Origin: Desulfuromonadales bacterium
GTDB taxonomy: Bacteria > Desulfobacterota > Desulfuromonadia > Desulfuromonadales > SZUA-540
NCBI GenBank assembly: GCA_033549025.1
Contig: JAWSUS010000001.1
Span: 299,685 to 363,684, forward strand
Direction of reading: 5' to 3'
DNA: 64,000 nt
This document shows, in pieces, positions 24,200 through 33,768 of this stretch; the stretch's first letter is position 1, and every line of letters begins with the position of its first letter. The position numbers and the translations under genes were made by a program. A model generated the notes under the pieces. The model was not told the DNA's origin. It saw only the letters and a program-made list of their open reading frames with translations, and searched no databases.

Positions 24200-24571
24200 A
24201 TGACAGACGAAAAGACCTCGAACAGCCAAAGCAACAAGACCGAAAAAATCTGGGACGCCACCAAAAAGGGACTGCATACCGCCGCCTTTAAAGCGACGCA
24301 GATGAAGCGTGTGGTTCAAAAACGTATTGACCTGGCTGCCATTCACAAAAAGATTTCCAGCGCCCACACGGATCTCGGCAAACAGATCGATGACTGCCGA
24401 GAAGCAGGAGAGGCGGATATTCTGGACAACGCCGAGGTCGCGGTGATCTTTGCCCGGCTCGACCAGTTAAAGCGCGACGCCGCGGCGCTGGAAGAAGAAA
24501 TCGAAACCATCAAGGCAGAGGAACCGGCCGAACCCGCGCCTGCACAAGACGAAACCCCTCCGCAAGCCTGA
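24200..24571 (+). CDS. Hypothetical helical/coiled-coil protein
   Basis: GGAGGA RBS, 123 aa with coding-like composition, followed by a terminator. Confidence 0.75.
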   Translation: MTDEKTSNSQSNKTEKIWDATKKGLHTAAFKATQMKRVVQKRIDLAAIHKKISSAHTDLGKQIDDCREAGEADILDNAEVAVIFARLDQLKRDAAALEEEIETIKAEEPAEPAPAQDETPPQA

Positions 24572-24589
24572 GGTCAAGCCGTCAGAACG

Positions 24590-24623
24590 AAAAAAGCCCC
24601 CGCAATGACACGGGGGCTTTTTT
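24590..24623. terminator. Bidirectional intrinsic terminator
   Basis: AAAAAAGCCCCCG / CGGGGGCTTTTTT between convergent ORFs. Confidence 0.85.
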
Positions 24624-24640
24624 GTAGACGACATCATCGA

Positions 24641-24859
24641 TTAGCGAACATGTTTACGGGGTCGGGGGATACTGTGCAAGTGCTCGTTCTTATATTCACG
24701 ATCCCTTTTTTTGAGGGCCTCTCTCTCCTCTTCCTCCATGTCATCGAGTTCGGAGGAATGTCTTTCCATGACATCCAGTTCAGCGTCCAATCGCTCGAGG
24801 TTTTTGTCGAGACCGGGGTCCTTTTTTTGGTTTTCCAACGGGGTGTTTCGCTCGGTCAT
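24641..24859 (-). CDS. Small, highly charged hypothetical protein (72 aa)
   Basis: AAGGAGGT RBS before MTERNTPLEN; ends next to the shared terminator. Confidence 0.6.
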   Translation of the reverse strand: MTERNTPLENQKKDPGLDKNLERLDAELDVMERHSSELDDMEEEEREALKKRDREYKNEHLHSIPRPRKHVR

Positions 24860-25023
24860 GATACCTCCTTGCCACTTCTGGGCCCACTGCCCCATCAGGC
24901 CCTCTGCCCAACTGAAGCAGTCAGCGCCACTCAGACTTTCGCGGCGGTTGCCGCACTTTTCTAGTGTAGCGCTCAAGGCCAGGATAGCAACTGGATACCA
25001 CTATCGTGCCGGGAAGAAACCGT

Positions 25024-25800
25024 TCACGCCGGCCTCTTACCGGCTTTGAGCACATCAATCATTTCTTGATGGATGCGTCCGTTGCTGGCCAGACACTCAA
25101 CCCCATAAATATCGAACGGATCTCCGTCGAAATCGCTGACCCTGCCACCAGCCTCGCTGACAATCAACTGCCCAGCCGCGACATCCCAGGGTTTGAGCTT
25201 CATTTCCCAGTAGCCGTCCAGGCGACCGGCACCGACGTAAGCCAGATCGAGACTGGCGCTTCCCGGCCGGCGACAGGCCTGCGCCGCCTGCTGGAAATGG
25301 ACGAAATGGTCATAATTATTGACATCGCTTTTTTTGCGGTCGTAGGGAAAGCCCGTCGCAAGCAGAGAATCGCCCAGCCTGCCTGTCCGCGAGACACCGA
25401 TCTGCACATCGTTGAGAAAAGCCCCCTTCCCCTTCTCGGCCCAAAAAAGTTCTTGGCTGAAGGGATTGTAGACAACCCCCAGGGTCACTTCATTTTCCAC
25501 CTCCAGAGCAATGGAAACGGCAAACCAGGGGAATCCGTGGGCGTAATTGGTGGTTCCATCCAACGGATCGACAATCCAGCGGTACCGGCTGCCACTGTCG
25601 GCATACTGTCCCTCTTCGGCCAGAATGTCGTGCCGCGGAAAGGTGCCCCGCAAAACAGAAACAATCACGTCCTCTGAAGCCCGATCCACCTCTGTAACGA
25701 GGTCAATTTCCCCTTTGTGTTCCACGGTCAAAGCGGTGCCAAATCGCTGCATAAGCACTTTGCCTGCGGACAGGGCCGCCTCGATGGCAATGTCTTTCAT
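25024..25800 (-). CDS. suhB: Inositol monophosphatase family protein (SuhB-like)
   Basis: DLVTEVD, WIVDPLDGTTNYAHG, ATGFPYD, WDVAAG. Confidence 0.88.
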   Translation of the reverse strand: MKDIAIEAALSAGKVLMQRFGTALTVEHKGEIDLVTEVDRASEDVIVSVLRGTFPRHDILAEEGQYADSGSRYRWIVDPLDGTTNYAHGFPWFAVSIALEVENEVTLGVVYNPFSQELFWAEKGKGAFLNDVQIGVSRTGRLGDSLLATGFPYDRKKSDVNNYDHFVHFQQAAQACRRPGSASLDLAYVGAGRLDGYWEMKLKPWDVAAGQLIVSEAGGRVSDFDGDPFDIYGVECLASNGRIHQEMIDVLKAGKRPA

Positions 25801-25871
25801 AAGGTCATCTCCTTCAGCGCGGCATCCTTTCCCCGGATGGATAAAGGGGAATAGATGCCGGCACAGCAAAT

Positions 25872-26648
25872 TTATCCGTCGGCAGACAGATTTCCTTTTT
25901 CACAATACAGGCGCGTTGCCCCCACGACGGCAAGAGGAATGCAGAGCAACTGCATAAGGGGGATAGCCAGCAGGCACAGCACACCGACGGCGAAACCGAG
26001 GTGCAGGAAAGTCTGTCCGAAAATATAGTGGCGCTGCTGGGCAAAAGATAAACGTTTTCGGCTCAAAACGTAGCCGAGATATTCAACGGCGAGAAAAAAG
26101 AGGGTAAAGAGTGCGGCGGCAATGGAGTAGAGCACCTGCCCCGCCAGCGGAATCAGGTTGAGCAGCAGCAGGGCCAGCATGCCGACGACAAAAAAACTCA
26201 TCTTCTTCCCTTCCACGACGATAGCGCGCCAGGCATCGCCGCCGAAGGTCTTCCAGGAAAAAGTTTCGCTTGAGCCGATGCCGGTCAGGATCTCTTCCGT
26301 GCGTTCGGACAGCAGATCGTTGAAGGGAGAGGCAATCAGATTGCCCACCACGGTAAAGCAGAAAAAAACCAGCAGCGTCGTCACAATGGACGCCAGCAGC
26401 CAGGCAAAAAAAGTCAGAAAAGCCCAATACCAGGCCTCTCCATGAGGAACATACCGGGCGACGATGTCCCCGAAGAAATCCAGACCCAAAAATACGACCC
26501 CCGAAAACACCACCAGGTTGATGAGAAAAGGGATCAGCACAAATTTGAGCAGTCGCGGGTTTTTCCTTATAAAACCAAAACTTTTAAAAGGATAAAAAAA
26601 CCCGATAGCAAAACGGGACATGGGATTGTCTTTTAAAACATCGATCAT
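25872..26648 (-). CDS. EI24/CysZ-like membrane protein
   Basis: LIPFLIN, NLIASPFNDLLSE, LNLIP motifs of the CysZ/EI24 family; hydrophobic helices. Confidence 0.8.
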   Translation of the reverse strand: MIDVLKDNPMSRFAIGFFYPFKSFGFIRKNPRLLKFVLIPFLINLVVFSGVVFLGLDFFGDIVARYVPHGEAWYWAFLTFFAWLLASIVTTLLVFFCFTVVGNLIASPFNDLLSERTEEILTGIGSSETFSWKTFGGDAWRAIVVEGKKMSFFVVGMLALLLLNLIPLAGQVLYSIAAALFTLFFLAVEYLGYVLSRKRLSFAQQRHYIFGQTFLHLGFAVGVLCLLAIPLMQLLCIPLAVVGATRLYCEKGNLSADG

Positions 26649-26769
26649 GACTCCCTCCTTCACAGCCCCGGTCAGGGGCAGAATTTCATTCAGGACTTAA
26701 AAGGTCTTCTTTAAAGACAACAAATAAAATAGTGTTTTACTTTTTTGCATTCCTGGTGATAATAGGCCC

Positions 26770-27996
26770 ATGAATCCGTTCTCGTCCCCTTTGTCTCCCA
26801 TTAAACTATGCCTGGTGGTCCTGCTGCTGGCCGTTTTATTGGGCCGCAGCAGCGCCGCAGAAGAAACGTCCGACATTCTCCTCGGCATGACGACCGCCCT
26901 CACCGGACCGACCTCGGAGCTCGGAACCGCCATGCGGGACGGCGTTGTGGCCGGCCTGGAACGGATCAACCGGGCCGGCGGTATCAACGGACGTCAACTC
27001 AAACTGTTCGTCCTCGACGACGGCTACGAACCCTACCGCGCCGCCGCTAACATGCGCACCCTGCTTGAAGAAAAGCAGGTACTCGCCATTATCGGCAATG
27101 TCGGTACACCAACGGCCATCGCCTCCGTACCGATTGCCATAGAGCAAAAAACCCTTTTCTTCGCTCCCTTCACCGGAGCCGGCCTGTTGCGTCGCCACCC
27201 CCCCGAACGCTATGTCATCAACTTTCGCGCCAGTTACGAACAGGAAATCGAAGCCATGGTCGAGGCTCTGATCGACCAGGGAGGACTCGCACCGACGGAT
27301 ATTGCCTTTTTCACGCAGCGCGACGGCTACGGGGATGCCGGATACGTCAGTGGCTACCGCGCCCTTAAACGGCGGGGACTGAAAAACGACCGGCAAATCC
27401 TGCATGTGCGTTATGAACGCAACACGCTGGCCGTGGAAAACGCGCTGGCCGACATCCTGTACTATCGGCATCCCCCCAAGGCCATTATCATGGTCGGCGC
27501 CTATGCCCCCTGCGCCAAGTTTATCCAGCTGGCCAAAGAATCGGGCCTCAAGGCCCTTTTTCTCAACGTTTCCTTTGTCGGCAGCAAGCCTTTGCAGCGC
27601 AAACTCGGTCCCTATGCCGACAATGTCATCATCACTCAGGTCGTCCCCCCGCTCACGGGAAGCCACCCCCCGGTCGTCGACGAATTTATCGCCGATCTGG
27701 AAAAAATTCGGTTTAAAACCGATCCCAACGATGTCAGCCTCGAAGGATATATGGCCGCCCGGATTCTGGGCAAAGCCCTCCAAAAGGCGCCTTCGCCCCT
27801 GACCCGGGAGGCGGTGATTGACGGTCTGGAATCCCTCGGATCCTTTACCCTCGGTCCGGGCATTCCCTTGAAGCTCTCCCGCCAGCGGCACCAGGCCAGC
27901 GACGGCGTCTGGCCGACCCGCCTGACGGCGCAGGATGTGCTGCCCTTTTCCTGGACGGAAATCGGTCCCCTGCTTAAAGAAGTGACAGCGCCATGA
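26770..27996 (+). CDS. Periplasmic ligand-binding protein (type 1 PBP, branched-chain amino acid-like)
   Basis: Signal peptide; ALTGP...G, GGINGR...LDDGYEP, GNVGTPT, FRASY, SLEGY. Confidence 0.88.
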   Translation: MNPFSSPLSPIKLCLVVLLLAVLLGRSSAAEETSDILLGMTTALTGPTSELGTAMRDGVVAGLERINRAGGINGRQLKLFVLDDGYEPYRAAANMRTLLEEKQVLAIIGNVGTPTAIASVPIAIEQKTLFFAPFTGAGLLRRHPPERYVINFRASYEQEIEAMVEALIDQGGLAPTDIAFFTQRDGYGDAGYVSGYRALKRRGLKNDRQILHVRYERNTLAVENALADILYYRHPPKAIIMVGAYAPCAKFIQLAKESGLKALFLNVSFVGSKPLQRKLGPYADNVIITQVVPPLTGSHPPVVDEFIADLEKIRFKTDPNDVSLEGYMAARILGKALQKAPSPLTREAVIDGLESLGSFTLGPGIPLKLSRQRHQASDGVWPTRLTAQDVLPFSWTEIGPLLKEVTAP

Positions 27997-30899
27997 TCGT
28001 TACCCGCTGCTTCCAGCGCATTTCCCTCATGATCTGGGTTCTCATTGCGATCGCCCTGCTCGTGCCAGTCATGGGCATCGTCCACCTGACGACCATTCTG
28101 GGGGACACCCAGGCGCAGCGGAAGCATCTCCTTCAGACCCAACAGGAAGAAGTGTACCTTCTCAAAGAACTTCGCAGCAAGACGCATGCGGCCAAAGAGG
28201 AACTCAACAGCAAACTTTACCATACCCGCGTCCCCGTTACCGACGACGGGCAGGTGACCAGCTACCTGCAACTTCTCGAAGATATTTCGCAACGAACGCC
28301 GCATCTGGGCCAGGATGCGATCTGGGCCCAGCTTGAGGGCGCCGCCGATCCCCTGTCCGAGCTCGCCAGGGAGGCTTCCACCTGGCGGGAGCACTACATC
28401 CGGGTGGAAACGGACTTGGTGCAGGACATTTCCATGAACCGCCTGCAGGACTTCCAGCAACGCTTGGCGGCCGCTATCGAGTCGGCCGAAGGGCGCTGGC
28501 GCCTGACGGAAGCCCGCCAGATTCGGCGTTGGCGCGAAAGCTCCGGCCCTGAAGCAGAGCGGATAGCCCGCAATATCCTGGAAAAAAGAGGAGAGTTATG
28601 GTTCCCTCTGCTGAACGAACTTTCCGTCGAGCTCAATTTCCTGTCGACGCTGGTCGCCAGACTGGCCATCGAAAAAAGCATCGACCACCTGCATGACCTC
28701 AAAGACAACCAGATCAAGCCCAGCATGGACCGATTGGAACACAACATCCTCATCCTGGAAGAGGAAGGGATCTTCCCGGCCGGAGAAACCCTCGCCCTTT
28801 TCAACGATTACAAAAACGCCATTTTCGGTCAGGGGCACCGCATCGACCACGACTATCAGACCATCGAGGCCACCGGCGGTTTTTTTCGTCTATGTCAGGA
28901 TCACCTTCAGCTTCAGGCCCATCGTCTGGTCCTGGATGACGCCATCGCCAGACACTTTAACCAGATCGAGGCGATTTATCCTCAGCTGGCCCACAAAACC
29001 AAAGAGCGGGTCGATCGCCTGACGGAAGCGATGGAAGCCGGCATCAGCCAGGCACTCTGGCGCATGGGACGCAACGGCGCTCTGGCCATGACCGCCTTCC
29101 TGATTCTGGGCACGCTCATCCGTCTGCGCATTCGCCAGCAGGTCCGTCGACTGGAAAAAGTGACCAGGCACCACAACCTCATCCTGAACTCAGCCGGGGA
29201 AGGGATCATGGGACTTTCGCCGGACGGCAACACGACGTTTATCAACCAGGCCGGCGCCGACCTGCTCGGTTTCGCACAGAGCGAGCTGGTAGGACAAAAC
29301 TATCTCCAGGTGGTCTGCCCCTCAGACAAAAAGGACACTCCGGCGGAGTCCCCCTGCCTCATTCGCCAGGTCTGGGAGACGGGCGCTCCGGCCCGGCAGG
29401 ACAGTGCCTTGTTCTACCATAAAGACGGCCGTGCCATCCCGGTGGAATACATCTGCACCCCCATTCTGAACGAGGAACAACAGGCGGAGGGAGCCGTCAT
29501 CGCTTTTTCCGATATCCGGGAACGCCAGGAGGCCGAACGCGCCCTGCTGAAAAAGAAGCAGCTCCTGGACCACCTGGCCCACCATGACCCCCTGACCGAT
29601 CTGCCCAACCGCCGCCTCTTTCAGGACAGGCTCGTACACGCTCTCGACCGGGCTCGCCGCACAGGCAAGGAGGTCGCTCTGCTCTTTTTGGATCTGGACC
29701 GGTTCAAAAAGGTCAATGATACCCTGGGGCACGAAATGGGCGACAAGCTGCTGGCGGAAACCTCCGGCCGCCTGCGTCAGATCGTACGTCATTCGGATAC
29801 CCTGGCCCGCCTGGGCGGCGATGAATTCGTGCTGCTGCTAGAAGATTCAGAGAACCCCAATCATGATGCCGTGGTGGCCCGTAAAATCCTCGAACAGCTG
29901 GCCACACCCTTCAGCATCGGCCCCCATCAGCTCTATGTCACGGCCAGCATCGGCATCAGCCGTTTCCCCGCCGATGCCGTCGACGTCAAAGGGCTGACCA
30001 GTTGCGCCGATGCGGCGATGTACCACGCTAAGGCCAAGGGCAAAAACACCTTTCAGTTCTACACCCCCGAGCTCAACAGTCGTGCGGCGGAATTTCTCGA
30101 AATGGAAACCCGTCTGCGGCAGGCGCTGGCCCAGGATCTGTTCACCCTCCATTATCAGCCGCAGTTCGAAATCGCCACCGGAAACATCGTGGGGGTAGAA
30201 GCGCTCATCCGTTGGCACGACCCCGTCCTGGGTCATATCCCCCCCGACCGGTTTATTCCGCTGGCCGAGGAGAGCGGCTTGATTGTGCCTCTGGGCAACT
30301 GGGTATTGCGCAAAGCCTGCGAACAGAATGTGGCCTGGCAAAGACAGGGGCTGCCCTGCCGAACCGTGGCCGTCAACATTTCAGGCATACAGTTCAGCCA
30401 GAGTGATTTTGTCGATATTGTGGATAACGTCCTCGCCTCCACCGGCCTGGATCCGCAATGGCTCGAACTGGAGATCACGGAAAGTACCATCATGGAGGAT
30501 TTCAGTACCGCCATGATGACCCTCATCGATCTTAAAATTCGGGGAGTGCAGCTGGCCATCGACGATTTCGGCACCGGTTATTCGTCACTGAGCTACCTGA
30601 AACAGTTTCCCGTGGACAAACTGAAAATCGACCGTTCCTTTATCGGCGATGTGCTGCACGACGAAAATGCCTCCGCCATCACGCTGGCCATCATGGCCCT
30701 GGGCCGCGCCATGCATATGACCATCGTCGCCGAGGGCATCGAGAGGGAAGATCAGGTGAGGTTTCTTGCGGAGAACAACTGCGCCATCGGCCAGGGCTTC
30801 TTTTATGCCCGCCCGATGCCGGCGGCGGCGTGCGAAGAGCTTTTTCGAAAAGCACAAAGCCGCAATTGGCCCGTCGCCCCTGTTGCGAAAACACCTTAA
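27993..30899 (+). CDS. Membrane-bound PAS-GGDEF-EAL c-di-GMP enzyme
   Basis: Two TM helices flanking a large periplasmic region; PAS; HDPLTDLPNR, GGDEF; EALIRW, LELEITE, DDFGTGYSS, AEGIE, QGF. Confidence 0.93.
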   Translation: MIVTRCFQRISLMIWVLIAIALLVPVMGIVHLTTILGDTQAQRKHLLQTQQEEVYLLKELRSKTHAAKEELNSKLYHTRVPVTDDGQVTSYLQLLEDISQRTPHLGQDAIWAQLEGAADPLSELAREASTWREHYIRVETDLVQDISMNRLQDFQQRLAAAIESAEGRWRLTEARQIRRWRESSGPEAERIARNILEKRGELWFPLLNELSVELNFLSTLVARLAIEKSIDHLHDLKDNQIKPSMDRLEHNILILEEEGIFPAGETLALFNDYKNAIFGQGHRIDHDYQTIEATGGFFRLCQDHLQLQAHRLVLDDAIARHFNQIEAIYPQLAHKTKERVDRLTEAMEAGISQALWRMGRNGALAMTAFLILGTLIRLRIRQQVRRLEKVTRHHNLILNSAGEGIMGLSPDGNTTFINQAGADLLGFAQSELVGQNYLQVVCPSDKKDTPAESPCLIRQVWETGAPARQDSALFYHKDGRAIPVEYICTPILNEEQQAEGAVIAFSDIRERQEAERALLKKKQLLDHLAHHDPLTDLPNRRLFQDRLVHALDRARRTGKEVALLFLDLDRFKKVNDTLGHEMGDKLLAETSGRLRQIVRHSDTLARLGGDEFVLLLEDSENPNHDAVVARKILEQLATPFSIGPHQLYVTASIGISRFPADAVDVKGLTSCADAAMYHAKAKGKNTFQFYTPELNSRAAEFLEMETRLRQALAQDLFTLHYQPQFEIATGNIVGVEALIRWHDPVLGHIPPDRFIPLAEESGLIVPLGNWVLRKACEQNVAWQRQGLPCRTVAVNISGIQFSQSDFVDIVDNVLASTGLDPQWLELEITESTIMEDFSTAMMTLIDLKIRGVQLAIDDFGTGYSSLSYLKQFPVDKLKIDRSFIGDVLHDENASAITLAIMALGRAMHMTIVAEGIEREDQVRFLAENNCAIGQGFFYARPMPAAACEELFRKAQSRNWPVAPVAKTP

Positions 30900-30924
30900 A
30901 GCGCCAGGCAACCTCAATGGCCGC

Positions 30925-30952
30925 AAAAAAGGCCAGGGTTTTCGCCCTGGCC
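30925..30952 (-). terminator. Intrinsic terminator after valS
   Basis: GGCCAGGG/CCCTGGCC stem with a T6 tract on the minus strand. Confidence 0.7.
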
Positions 30953-30962
30953 CCGTTTCGCC

Positions 30963-33623
30963 CTATCCTTTAAGGGACTGTATCTTCTTCAGGCTTTCCT
31001 GCAGAATCCCCAGTTTTTCTTCCGCCTCTTTCTGCTTGCCGCGATCCTTCTCCAGCACCTCGGGCGGCGCATTGGCGACGAACTTCTCGTTGGAGAGTTT
31101 TTTGGCAAAAAACTCCACATCCTTCTGCACCTTGGCAATCTCTTTACCCAGACGCTTTTCTTCCTCTTCAATGTTGACCAGCCCTGCCAACGGCAGCAGA
31201 ATCTCGACCTCGCCAGCCACCTGGGTGGCGGCCTGAGCGGGGCGTTCGACACCGACACCAGAGGTCAACTCGCCGACGCGGGCGAGAGCGCGGATGTAAC
31301 CCTCGCCGGCGGCCATGACGGCCATCGCCTCTTCTCCCTTGCAGTCGAGCACGGCGGCAATCTGTTTGGACGGCGGCACGTCCATCTCACCGCGGATATT
31401 GCGGATGGCCTTGATGACATCCATGATCCACTCCATCCGCCGGGCGCCTTCCGCATTGACGGGCAGGCCTTCTCCGGTGGGATAGTCGGCCAGCATGATG
31501 GATTCGACGGGTCGGCCGCCGGGCAGGGCCTGCCAGATCTCCTCCGTGATGAAGGGCATGAAGGGGTGCAGCAGACGCAGGAGCTGCTCGAGCACGGTGA
31601 AGACCACCGCCTTGGCGCGGGCTTTGGTCGCCTCGTCATCACCGTAAAGATCATCCTTGCTGAGCTCGATAAACCAGTCGCAGAACTCGTGCCAGGTGAA
31701 GGCATAGAGAATGGAGGCGCCTTCGTTAAAGCGGTACTCGGCGAGGGCGCGGCCGGCGTTCTGGGCCGCCTCACTCAGACGGGTCAGAATCCACTGGTCA
31801 GCCAAAGAGAGATCAAGCCGGTCCAGATCAATGGTGGCGGGATCAAAGTTGTCGAGATTCATCAGCGCAAAGCGGCTGGCATTCCACAGTTTGTTGGCGA
31901 AGTTCCGGTAGCCGGCGATACGCTCGGTGGAAAGTTTGACGTCGCGGCCCTGGGCAGCAAAGGCGGCCAGCGTGAAGCGGAAGGCGTCGGTGCCGTACTC
32001 TTCGATGACGGTCAGCGGGTCGATGACATTGCCCTTGCTCTTGCTCATCTTCTGCCCCTGGGCATCGCGCACGAGAGCGTGGATGTAAACGTCCTTGAAG
32101 GGAACCTGCCCCATGAACTTGAGCCCCATCATCATCATGCGCGCCACCCAGAAAAAGAGGATGTCGAAACCGGTGATCAGGCAGGAGGTGGGGTAGAACT
32201 TCTGCAGGGTCTCGGTATTCTCGGGCCAGCCCATGGTGGAGAAAGGCCACAGGGCTGACGAGAACCAGGTGTCGAGTACGTCTGTCTCCTGACGGATATT
32301 GCTGCTGCCGCAATGAGCGCAGCTGCGGGCGTCTTCCATGGCGACCGTGATCTGGTCGCAATCGTCGCAGAACCAGGCGGGGATGCGGTGCCCCCACCAG
32401 ATCTGGCGGCTGATGCACCAGTCCTGGATATTGTTCATCCACTCGAAATAGGTCTTCTCCCACTGCGGCGGCACGATGCGAGTCTGGCCGGTCTCAACGG
32501 CCTTGATCGCCTCTGCGGCCAGCGGCCCGACCTTGACGTACCACTGTTTGCTCATGTAGGGCTCGATGACGGTGCGGCAGCGGTAACATTCGCCGACAGC
32601 ATTGGCGTAATCGTCGATGCGGTCGAGCAGCCCCTGTTTTTCGAGGTCGGCCACCACGTTGGCGCGAGCCTCGTAGCGTTCCTGGCCGGCGTAAGGGCCG
32701 CCGTTTTCGTTCACCACTCCCGAGGGATCAAAAATGTTGATGAACTCAAGATCATGCCGCTTGCCGAGCTCGAAGTCGTTGAAGTCATGGGCCGGGGTGA
32801 TCTTGACGGCGCCGGAGCCGAACTCTTTGTCGACGTAGTCATCGGCAACGATAGGGATTTCCCGGTTCATCAACGGCAGCAGAACCTTTTTGCCGATCAG
32901 ATCCCGGTAACGCTCATCCTCGGGATTAACCGCCACGGCGGTGTCGCCGAGCATGGTCTCGGGCCGGGTGGTGGCTACGACGAGATAGCGGTCGGTGCCG
33001 AGCACCGGATAGCGCAGGTGCCAGAGATGGCCCTTCTTGTCCTCATGCTCGACCTCCAGGTCGGAGAGGGCGGTGTGACAGCGCGGACACCAGTTGATGA
33101 GGCGGTTGTCGCGATAGATCAGCCCTTCGTCATAGAGGCGCACAAAGACGGTACGCACCGCTTTGGAGAGCCCCTCGTCCATGGTGAAGCGCTCGCGCTC
33201 CCAGTCACAGGAGGCGCCAAGGCGCTTGAGCTGATTGATGATCTGGCCGCCGGACTGTTCGCGCCACTGCCAGACTCGCTCAACAAATTCTTCGCGGCCG
33301 AGGGCATGGCGATCACGTCCTTCAGAGGCAAGCTGCTTCTCCACCACATTCTGGGTAGCGATGCCGGCATGGTCGGTGCCGGGCATCCACAGCACCTCAT
33401 GCCCGGTCATGCGCTTCCACCTCACCAGAATGTCTTGCAGGGTGTTGTTGAGAGCATGCCCCATGTGCAGAACGCCGGTGACATTGGGGGGTGGGATGAC
33501 AATGGAATAATGGGGCTTGGAGGATTTTTCGTTGGCGTGGAAGTAACCTTTGTCCTCCCAAACCCTGTACCACTTATCTTCAACCTCTTTCGGCTCATAC
33601 CCTTTGGGGAGCGATGCATCCAT
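30963..33623 (-). CDS. valS: Valine-tRNA ligase
   Basis: PPPNVTGVLHMGH, DHAGIATQ, DWCISRQIWWGH, KMSKS, C-terminal coiled coil. Confidence 0.98.
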   Translation of the reverse strand: MDASLPKGYEPKEVEDKWYRVWEDKGYFHANEKSSKPHYSIVIPPPNVTGVLHMGHALNNTLQDILVRWKRMTGHEVLWMPGTDHAGIATQNVVEKQLASEGRDRHALGREEFVERVWQWREQSGGQIINQLKRLGASCDWERERFTMDEGLSKAVRTVFVRLYDEGLIYRDNRLINWCPRCHTALSDLEVEHEDKKGHLWHLRYPVLGTDRYLVVATTRPETMLGDTAVAVNPEDERYRDLIGKKVLLPLMNREIPIVADDYVDKEFGSGAVKITPAHDFNDFELGKRHDLEFINIFDPSGVVNENGGPYAGQERYEARANVVADLEKQGLLDRIDDYANAVGECYRCRTVIEPYMSKQWYVKVGPLAAEAIKAVETGQTRIVPPQWEKTYFEWMNNIQDWCISRQIWWGHRIPAWFCDDCDQITVAMEDARSCAHCGSSNIRQETDVLDTWFSSALWPFSTMGWPENTETLQKFYPTSCLITGFDILFFWVARMMMMGLKFMGQVPFKDVYIHALVRDAQGQKMSKSKGNVIDPLTVIEEYGTDAFRFTLAAFAAQGRDVKLSTERIAGYRNFANKLWNASRFALMNLDNFDPATIDLDRLDLSLADQWILTRLSEAAQNAGRALAEYRFNEGASILYAFTWHEFCDWFIELSKDDLYGDDEATKARAKAVVFTVLEQLLRLLHPFMPFITEEIWQALPGGRPVESIMLADYPTGEGLPVNAEGARRMEWIMDVIKAIRNIRGEMDVPPSKQIAAVLDCKGEEAMAVMAAGEGYIRALARVGELTSGVGVERPAQAATQVAGEVEILLPLAGLVNIEEEEKRLGKEIAKVQKDVEFFAKKLSNEKFVANAPPEVLEKDRGKQKEAEEKLGILQESLKKIQSLKG

Positions 33624-33768
33624 GAACTGATCCTTCCATCTTCTATGTACTCAGGGGCCCCAGGGGATCCCCTGGCGTTGGCAAGGGTTGCAAAAGGAAA
33701 TGGGGATTCTAGCAATCCCCATTTCGTCCGTCAATATATCGCTGTGTGTGCCTTTTGAAGAAAAATAG

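Noticed and set aside
33624..33768. Possible T-box riboswitch before valS
   Set aside because: Leader is only about 145 nt and has no recognisable T-box (TGGNACC) motif
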